A stretch of 64,000 nucleotides of DNA from Bacteroidales bacterium (GTDB taxonomy: Bacteria; Bacteroidota; Bacteroidia; Bacteroidales; UBA1715). This document shows, piece after piece, positions 57,734 through 64,000 of this stretch. Position 1 is the first letter of the stretch; the number at the start of each line of letters is the position of its first letter. The translations under genes and the position numbers were made by a program. The stretch is taken from contig JAGCOW010000060.1 of NCBI GenBank assembly GCA_017642535.1, positions 475-64,474 on the forward strand, read 5' to 3'. The notes below the pieces were generated by a model. The model did not search any database. It saw only the letters and a list, made by a program, of their open reading frames with translations, and was not told the DNA's origin.

Positions 57734-59146
57734 ATGGGCAGTAAGACATATCTTTTTAGCATCGTGTTGGTGGCAGTAATCGGAGGATTGCTTTTTGGCT
57801 ACGACACGGCAGTGATTTCGGGTGCAGAGAAAGGTCTGCAAGCGTTTTTCTTGGGTGCGTCGGATTTCTCATACACCGACGGATGGCACGGCATAACGTG
57901 TTCCAGCGCACTCATAGGTTGTATAATCGGTAGTGCTTTGTCGGGATTATTGGCAACACGCTTGGGAAGAAAAAAGTCGTTGTTTGTGGCAGGCGTATTG
58001 TTTTTCTTGTCCGCCCTTGGTTCGTGGTATCCCGAATTTCTATTCTTCGACTACGGTGAACCATCTTTCTCGCTTTTGATAGCATTCAATTGTTATAGAA
58101 TACTTGGCGGTATAGGCGTGGGACTTGCTTCGGCTATCTGTCCGATGTACATTGCCGAAATAGCACCTGCCAATATGCGTGGCACGTTAGTTTCGTGGAA
58201 CCAGTTTGCCATCATCTTCGGTCAGCTGGTGGTGTATTTCGTGAACTTTGTGATAATGAAAAATCACACGATTCTCGACGTGGTCGATGCCGACTGGTAT
58301 ATGGCAACTGGCTGGCGAACAATGTTTGTGAGTGAAGGATTTCCTGCCGGCATTTTCGCATTGCTCATTCTTGCCGTGCCTGAAACGCCTCGCTATCTTG
58401 CCTTGAATGGTAACGACGACAAGGCATTGCACGTGCTTTCACGCATCAATGGCGAAGAAAAAGCCAAAGGTATTCTTGCCGAAATTCACGAAAGCGCGGT
58501 GGAAAAGACCGAAAAACTATTCACATACGGATTCCTTGTCATTTTTGTCGGCATTATGGTGAGCGTGTTCCAACAAACAGTGGGAATCAATGCCGTGCTA
58601 TACTACGGTCCACGTATCTTCGAAGAAATGGGAATGGACAACCCTATGACGGTGCAAGTGATTATGGGAGTTGTAAACATATCATTCACGTTGCTTGCCG
58701 TGTTCACAGTTGAAAAATTAGGACGCAAGCCGTTGCTCATCGTAGGTTCGCTCGGAATGGCCATAGGCGCGTTGGGTGTGATGATATACTTTATGTTGGG
58801 CGGATTTGAGGGCTCTCTGCCGGGAATTTTCGCCGCAACAAGCATTATGGTCTATACCGCAAGTTTCATGTTCAGTTGGGGTCCTATAGCATGGGTATTG
58901 ATTGCCGAAATTTTCCCGAACACGATTCGTGGTGCTGCTGTCGCAATTGCAGTGGCGTTCCAATGGATTTCGAACTTTGCAGTAAGTTCATCGTTCGTCT
59001 CAATGCTGAACTGGTCACCTTCGGGAACATACCTGATTTTCGGCATGGTGTGCGTCATTGCCGCCATCTTTGTATGGAAACTTGTGCCAGAAACCAAGGG
59101 GAAGACATTGGAGGATATGACAAAACTGTGGAGAGATAGAAATTAA
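57734..59146 (+). CDS. MFS sugar porter family transporter (XylE/GalP-like)
   Basis: GGLLFGYDTAVISGA, GRKKSL, PESPRYL-like PETPRYL and PETKGKTLEDM signatures. Confidence 0.88.
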   Translation: MGSKTYLFSIVLVAVIGGLLFGYDTAVISGAEKGLQAFFLGASDFSYTDGWHGITCSSALIGCIIGSALSGLLATRLGRKKSLFVAGVLFFLSALGSWYPEFLFFDYGEPSFSLLIAFNCYRILGGIGVGLASAICPMYIAEIAPANMRGTLVSWNQFAIIFGQLVVYFVNFVIMKNHTILDVVDADWYMATGWRTMFVSEGFPAGIFALLILAVPETPRYLALNGNDDKALHVLSRINGEEKAKGILAEIHESAVEKTEKLFTYGFLVIFVGIMVSVFQQTVGINAVLYYGPRIFEEMGMDNPMTVQVIMGVVNISFTLLAVFTVEKLGRKPLLIVGSLGMAIGALGVMIYFMLGGFEGSLPGIFAATSIMVYTASFMFSWGPIAWVLIAEIFPNTIRGAAVAIAVAFQWISNFAVSSSFVSMLNWSPSGTYLIFGMVCVIAAIFVWKLVPETKGKTLEDMTKLWRDRN

Positions 59147-59170
59147 TCTGACCAATTCAAGCAATTTTTA

Positions 59171-59668
59171 ATGAATACATTCACAAAAGTACTCAAATAC
59201 ACATTGGAAGGTATAGTTTTTGTTGTGGTACTACCCTATTTAATGTGGATTTTATCGAGACGCCCTGCCCTATTGCCAATCGACGCCCTACAATTATTCG
59301 CCGCTCTGCTGCTCATAACCAAGGGACTGGTGTTGAACCTTTGCGCCGTGATGTATAAGCGGCACAAACTCAAGGAATATAAAATTGACGAATACGGTCA
59401 TTCCGAGAAGAGAAGAGTGATTTTAATGACCAAAGGTCCCTACAAAATATGTAGAAATCCCATGTTGACAGGGGCTATCGAATATTTATTAGGATACTGC
59501 ATCGGATTAGGCACATGGCAATCATATGCCGTAATTGTCGCTTTCATCGCTGTAGCACTGATAAAAATAAATTCAGAAGAAAGACGCCTACTCCATGTAT
59601 TTGGAGACGAATACGCATATTATTGCTATCGTACGGGCCGTTTCACCCCATTTTCTTTACAGAAATAA
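59171..59668 (+). CDS. membrane methyltransferase family protein (ICMT/PEMT-like)
   Basis: Four TM segments plus GPYKICRNPMLTG...EERRLLHVFGDEYAYYCYRTGRF. Confidence 0.65.
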   Translation: MNTFTKVLKYTLEGIVFVVVLPYLMWILSRRPALLPIDALQLFAALLLITKGLVLNLCAVMYKRHKLKEYKIDEYGHSEKRRVILMTKGPYKICRNPMLTGAIEYLLGYCIGLGTWQSYAVIVAFIAVALIKINSEERRLLHVFGDEYAYYCYRTGRFTPFSLQK

Positions 59669-59670
59669 AA

Positions 59671-59696
59671 AAGACCTGCAATTGCTTGCAAGTCTT
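59671..59696. terminator. hairpin between the convergent methyltransferase gene and the tRNA
   Basis: AAGACCTGCAA-TTGC-TTGCAAGTCTT, an 11-bp stem with one mismatch. There is a T-run on the minus strand (plus-strand AAAA 59667-59670) downstream of the tRNA. Confidence 0.55.
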
Positions 59697-59699
59697 TCG

Positions 59700-59773
59700 T
59701 AGCGAGAGGCGGGCATGATCCGCCGACCTCATGATTATGAATCATGCGCTCTAACCAGCTGAGCTACCTCGCC
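59700..59773 (-). tRNA. tRNA with anticodon CAT (elongator Met or Ile2/lysidine type); no encoded CCA
   Basis: Manual cloverleaf: acceptor GGCGAGG/TCTCGCT (G1-U72 and G7-U66 wobbles), D arm GCTC-AGCTGGTTA-GAGC, anticodon arm CATGA-TTCATAA-TCATG (anticodon at 59737-59739), variable AGGTC, T arm GGCGG-ATCATGC-CCGCC, discriminator A. Confidence 0.8.
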
Positions 59774-59881
59774 ATGATTTCTAAATCGCTTGCAAAAGTA
59801 GTCTTTTTTTTTATTCAAACAAATTGATGAAAACTTTTTTCTACACTATCTTACAAATTATCTTTTTTTCACGTTTTTGAG

Positions 59882-59889
59882 TATATTTG
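59882..59889 (+). promoter_or_regulatory. Bacteroidota-type -7 box (TAnnTTTG)
   Basis: TATATTTG lies 19 nt upstream of the ATG at 59908. Confidence 0.45.
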
Positions 59890-59907
59890 CAACATAAACA
59901 AAAAGAG

Positions 59908-60201
59908 ATGGGATTCCTTTCTTCTATATATAATCCGCAGAAACCCCGAGGGTTTCATATGCCGACTCGCTATTACGACAAAGAGAAAGAAGAGCGAGAG
60001 CACCGACGTGCGGTCGTTTTGCAACAAGTGAAACTTGAGCAAGGCGAAGAATTGCCCAAAGGTGTGTTCGTTTCGGATTTACACAGAAAGTTCGAGAAAA
60101 ACAAGATTTCCAATCGACGGTCCAAAGACGGAAGTCTGAAAACACTTGTCATACTTGGTTTTCTTATATTTCTTGGCGTGTATTTTATAATGAGAATGTA
60201 A
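59908..60201 (+). CDS. small hypothetical tail-anchored membrane protein (97 aa)
   Basis: ATG after the -7 box, a basic/acidic N-terminal part and a single C-terminal TM segment (TLVILGFLIFLGVYFIM). It ends 1 nt before mutL. Confidence 0.45.
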   Translation: MGFLSSIYNPQKPRGFHMPTRYYDKEKEEREHRRAVVLQQVKLEQGEELPKGVFVSDLHRKFEKNKISNRRSKDGSLKTLVILGFLIFLGVYFIMRM

Positions 60202-60202
60202 C

Positions 60203-62029
60203 ATGTCCGACATCATTCATCTTTTACCCGATTCCGTAGCAAATCAGATTGCCGCCGGCGAAGTGGTACAACGTCCCGCCTCGGTGGTGAAGGAACTTGT
60301 GGAAAATGCAATAGACGCTCACGCAACCGACATCACGATTTCTATTGTGGATGCTGGCAGAACAATCATTCAAATCACTGACAACGGTGTTGGTATGTCG
60401 GAAACCGACGCGAGAATGGCGTTTGAACGACACGCGACGTCGAAAATCAAAGAAGCAGCGGACATCTTTCATATTCGTTCCATGGGTTTTCGTGGCGAAG
60501 CATTGGCGTCAATTGCCGCCGTTTCGCAGACAGAACTCAAAACTCGTCAAAAAGATGCCGAATTAGGAACAAAAATCTGCATTGCAGGCAGCAAGATTGA
60601 ATCGCAGACACCCGACGCTTGCCCGCAAGGAACCACATTCACGGTAAAAAATCTTTTTTTCAACACGCCGGCACGACGAAAATTCTTGAAATCGAATCAA
60701 ACGGAATTCAATTACATTCTTGCCGAAATTTATCAGACGGCAATTGCAAATCCTGAAATTTCGTTCACCATCTATAAAGACGGCGACTTGTTTGCCAAAT
60801 ACGGCAAGGGAAATCTGAAACAACGCATTGTCAACATCTTCGGAAAGCAGATGGAGAAAGGGCTCCTTTCCATTGAAGACGAATCGAGCATAGTGAAGAT
60901 TTACGGTTATGTGGGCGTGCCCGAAATAGCTCGAAAAAACGGTGCGAACCAGTTTTTCTTTGTAAACAACAGATTTTTCCGTCAAAAAAGTTTTCTTGGC
61001 TCAGTAATGAGAGCATACGGAAATCTGTTGCCACAAAAGGAATATCCGCCATTCTTCATCTTTTTCGAGATTGATCCCTCAAATATCGACGTGAACATTC
61101 ACCCTACAAAGACTGAAATCAAGTTTTCCGACGAATTCAACATTTGTCAGTTGCTCGAAGCTACGATAAAATGTACGTTAGGGAAGAACAACATTGTTCC
61201 ATCGCTCGATTTTAGCGATTCGGCGGACTATTCCGACATGTTTTCGCCTAAGAACGAAAAACCTGTCACGCCCCCCACAATCAAGTATAATCCTGAATAT
61301 AATCCATTCAAGAGCCAGAGTACACCGTCGTATCCCAACCAAAAAACGAACGTGAGGAATTGGGAGAAAATGTTTGAAGAATACGAAACAAACAAGAAAG
61401 ACGACTCGCTCCATTTTGACTTTTCGGCGGAAAATACGTGTGCCGACGGGCAATCCAAAGCGTTGAACATTCCGTTCTGTACGCAGATTCAGAAAAAATA
61501 TATTCTTGCTTTTGCAAACGAGAAAATCTATGTAATCGACATTAAGAGAGCGCATTACAGAATGTTGTACGACCAATTCTTCGACTCGTTCACGCACAAG
61601 CAGATGCCATCGCAAAAAACGCTGTTGCCAATTCGTATTGATCTGAGCGCCGACGAGGCAGAAACGCTCAAAACCTTGCTTCCGCAATTGCAAGAATTAG
61701 GATTCGACATTGAGGAATTTGGTCAGAATTCTTTTGTGGCAAACGGTGCGCCTGCCGATGTGCCTATTGGCGAACTATCGCAAGTCATCACCGATTTCAT
61801 CACGAATTACAGCGAGAACAACAAAACTGTGAAGGATTCCGTACAGGAACAGATTGCTCAAAATCTTGCAAAAGCGGCATCGTTATACAGAAATCCGAAC
61901 ATGACCGTTGAGGAAATGCAACATTTCGTCGCACAACTGCTTCAAAATAAATCATTTACGATGACTCCCGAGGGGCAAATCGTAACCATTATTGTAGAAC
62001 CTGAAGATTTAACTAAAAAATTCAATTAG
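60203..62029 (+). CDS. mutL: DNA mismatch repair protein MutL
   Basis: IHLLPDSVANQIAAGEVVQRPASVVKELVENAIDA (GHKL ATPase) and MGFRGEALASI. Confidence 0.93.
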   Translation: MSDIIHLLPDSVANQIAAGEVVQRPASVVKELVENAIDAHATDITISIVDAGRTIIQITDNGVGMSETDARMAFERHATSKIKEAADIFHIRSMGFRGEALASIAAVSQTELKTRQKDAELGTKICIAGSKIESQTPDACPQGTTFTVKNLFFNTPARRKFLKSNQTEFNYILAEIYQTAIANPEISFTIYKDGDLFAKYGKGNLKQRIVNIFGKQMEKGLLSIEDESSIVKIYGYVGVPEIARKNGANQFFFVNNRFFRQKSFLGSVMRAYGNLLPQKEYPPFFIFFEIDPSNIDVNIHPTKTEIKFSDEFNICQLLEATIKCTLGKNNIVPSLDFSDSADYSDMFSPKNEKPVTPPTIKYNPEYNPFKSQSTPSYPNQKTNVRNWEKMFEEYETNKKDDSLHFDFSAENTCADGQSKALNIPFCTQIQKKYILAFANEKIYVIDIKRAHYRMLYDQFFDSFTHKQMPSQKTLLPIRIDLSADEAETLKTLLPQLQELGFDIEEFGQNSFVANGAPADVPIGELSQVITDFITNYSENNKTVKDSVQEQIAQNLAKAASLYRNPNMTVEEMQHFVAQLLQNKSFTMTPEGQIVTIIVEPEDLTKKFN

Positions 62030-62030
62030 T

Positions 62031-62768
62031 ATGAGTTACTTTCGTCCATCAGGTTTTTCAATGTTGACACCAGTTGTCAAGAATCTGCTCATAATCAACG
62101 TGGCTTGTTTCATCATAAGCTGGTTTCTTGAAAATATCGGTTACGACCTTACCAACGATTTAGGGTTGCATTACATATTATCACCGAGTTTTCGTCCAGT
62201 GCAGTTCATCAGTTATATGTTCATGCACGCAAATTTGGAGCATATCTTCTTCAATATGTTGGCGTTATGGATGTTTGGCCATTCGCTCGAACAATTCTGG
62301 GGAAGCAAGAAATTTCTCATTTATTATCTGGCAACGGGCATCGGAGCGGGCATCGTGCAAATCATTGTTGCCTACATTCACTTGCAAACGTTCGTGATAA
62401 CCGACGAGATGTGGGATTTGGTCCTTACCCAGGGCGACGACCTGCTTCGTTCGGGACGCAACTGGGTTGACGGCACGCTTGGAAGCGTGAACGCTATTGT
62501 GAACGGAGCTACTGTGGGCGCTTCGGGAGCTGTTTTCGGACTTTTGATGGCATTTGGAATGTTGTTTCCCAATGCAGAACTTTACATTTATTTTGCAATT
62601 CCAATTAAAGCGAAATGGTTCGTTTTAATATACGGATTGATTGAATTATTTAGCGGTATTAGAAATTCCGTGGGCGACAACACAGCACATTTCGCCCACC
62701 TTGGAGGAATGATATTCGGTTTCATTCTCATAAAATATTGGCAAAAAAACGGAACACGATTTGAATAA
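62031..62768 (+). CDS. rhomboid family intramembrane serine protease (canonical)
   Basis: FMHANLEHIFFNM (H...HxxxN), GASGAVFGLL (GxSG) and AHFAHLGGMIFG (catalytic His) are all present. Confidence 0.85.
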   Translation: MSYFRPSGFSMLTPVVKNLLIINVACFIISWFLENIGYDLTNDLGLHYILSPSFRPVQFISYMFMHANLEHIFFNMLALWMFGHSLEQFWGSKKFLIYYLATGIGAGIVQIIVAYIHLQTFVITDEMWDLVLTQGDDLLRSGRNWVDGTLGSVNAIVNGATVGASGAVFGLLMAFGMLFPNAELYIYFAIPIKAKWFVLIYGLIELFSGIRNSVGDNTAHFAHLGGMIFGFILIKYWQKNGTRFE

Positions 62769-63652
62769 TGGACATACAAAACAACATACTACGAGAATTT
62801 AAATCAGGAGATTCGCTCACCAAGCTTCTTCTCATCAATGGTGCAGCATTTCTGTTGCTTTGGATCATTGAAATCATCGCAAACATCTCATCTACGGGAA
62901 TTTACAATTTCACCCTACACAATATAGCGGCACCATCGGCATTGATGGCCTTGCTCAAAAAACCATGGACAATCGTAACCTATATGTTTTTTGACACATC
63001 ATTCATCAACTTGATGTGCAATATGTTACTCTTGTTTTGGTTTGGCAGAATTTTGGTTGACATAACCAATGAGCGAAAACTGACGGCAATGTACGTTCTT
63101 GGGGGCATTTCAGGAGTGTTACTGCCTGTTCTTGTGGGTTCAACGACCCATGCAAGCGGATTGTTGCTCTCGCCTATCGCATCAATATTGGCCGTAATAG
63201 CGGCTACAGCAACGTATGCGCCGAATTACAGAGTGTTTTTGCTGCTCTTTGGCGAAGTATCGATAAAAATACTCGCAATCATAATTGTGGCAATAGAATT
63301 GCTGCCAATGATACATCTTGCGTCACAATCATCGCCACAACTCCTCGCACTCTCGCTCTGCAAGCTTGGCGGCGTTGCCTTTGGCGTATGCTGGGCATTG
63401 TGCTACAAAAAAGGAACCGACATTGCCCACTGGTTTGAAAAACTCCTAACTCAATTAACAAATAGTAATAAAACTAAAAATACATTCACGTATACAAGAA
63501 AAAATAAAAGAAACGAAGAATACGTAACATATGAAGAAGTAACAAAAACAAACCAAGAAGAAATTGATAGAATACTGAAGAAAATAGCAGAATCCGGCTA
63601 TAATAGCTTAACAAAAGAGGAAAAAGAAACATTATTCAAAAACAACAAATGA
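62768..63652 (+). CDS. rhomboid-like membrane protein lacking the canonical catalytic His
   Basis: GGISGVLL (Ser codon 63110-63112) is retained, but the TM6 motif reads CKLGGVAFG (Lys codon 63362-63364) and the TM2 His residues are absent. TAATG overlap with the upstream rhomboid. Confidence 0.7.
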   Translation: MDIQNNILREFKSGDSLTKLLLINGAAFLLLWIIEIIANISSTGIYNFTLHNIAAPSALMALLKKPWTIVTYMFFDTSFINLMCNMLLLFWFGRILVDITNERKLTAMYVLGGISGVLLPVLVGSTTHASGLLLSPIASILAVIAATATYAPNYRVFLLLFGEVSIKILAIIIVAIELLPMIHLASQSSPQLLALSLCKLGGVAFGVCWALCYKKGTDIAHWFEKLLTQLTNSNKTKNTFTYTRKNKRNEEYVTYEEVTKTNQEEIDRILKKIAESGYNSLTKEEKETLFKNNK

Positions 63653-64000
63653 GATTTTTCGTAAGAATACTATTATTCGTCTTAAATGCACTGATTTCCA
63701 TTGTATTGCTTTGTTGTATTCTTGCCCAATACATAAATCCGAGTTCGTTCCCCTATTGCGAGTTGTTGGCGTTAGGATTCCCCATTATAGTGATTATCAA
63801 CATAATAGCATCTGTCTGTTGGATAGTTGCCCAAGAGCACAAACGCTATTTTCTCATCTCGTTCATTTCGTTGGTGCTCAGCATTCCCACGCTGTTACAC
63901 TACATTGCGTTCGGAAGCGACGAAACGCCGAAAGATACTAAGAATAGCATCAAGATAATGTCGTATAACATTATGGCATTCAATTATTCAGGATGGAAGA
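63649..64000 (+). CDS. membrane-anchored endonuclease/exonuclease/phosphatase (EEP) family protein, 5' part (runs off the window)
   Basis: My own translation from the ATG at 63649 (ATGA overlap with the upstream stop) gives MRFFVRILLFVLNALISIVLL... with 3 TM segments and then IKIMSYNIMAFNY, the typical start of an EEP domain. It is absent from the ORF track because there is no stop inside the window. Confidence 0.6.
   Translation, partial: MRFFVRILLFVLNALISIVLLCCILAQYINPSSFPYCELLALGFPIIVIINIIASVCWIVAQEHKRYFLISFISLVLSIPTLLHYIAFGSDETPKDTKNSIKIMSYNIMAFNYSGWK

Noticed and set aside
1-64000. I searched for transposases, integrases, IS ends, prophage genes, conjugation genes, toxin-antitoxin pairs of known families, reverse transcriptases and rRNA.
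   Set aside because: None is recognisable in any of the listed ORFs. The 5.7-10.7 kb island therefore has no visible mobility machinery, and its acquired status rests on composition and gene content only.

Overview
This is a chromosomal segment of a low-GC Bacteroidota genome. Three things support that assignment: recurrent TAnnTTTG -7 promoter boxes, two proteins ending in T9SS C-terminal sorting domains, and the ftsX-DUF3098-uppP-truB-queA and parA-parB-DUF5683 gene orders. I can support about 50 protein-coding genes, one tRNA (anticodon CAT), several hairpin terminators and two clusters of short GC-rich hairpins. I saw no rRNA, CRISPR array, transposase or integrase. Most of the window is housekeeping: purL 3' part, folA, rluA-family, xth, rsgA, ung, queA, truB, uppP, ftsX, parAB, priA, recQ, a galK-galT-symporter-galM Leloir operon, metK and mutL. 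Three regions look accessory. (1) An AT-rich ~5 kb island at 5.7-10.7 kb holds a small-protein/retropepsin-like aspartic protease pair. It also holds an ORF split at a T7 run that is a perfect U_UUU_UUU slippery site, and a 1,105-aa fusion of an unknown WYL-like N-domain, a Upf1/DNA2-type SF1 helicase, a Vsr/DUF2726-like nuclease and two zinc ribbons. That fusion is my best candidate for an undescribed nucleic-acid defence module. (2) At 21.2-37.8 kb a 3,688-aa T9SS cargo protein (4 LTD, CotH, cadherin-like modules, about 18 Big_2 repeats) lies divergent from a SusC/D-less GH5-GH5-GPH transporter operon. (3) At 40.3-43.6 kb sits a pocket with hairpin repeats, a BACON/FISUMP-like lipoprotein and a DUF4143 AAA ATPase. 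All family assignments come from motif reading by eye and need HMM confirmation.
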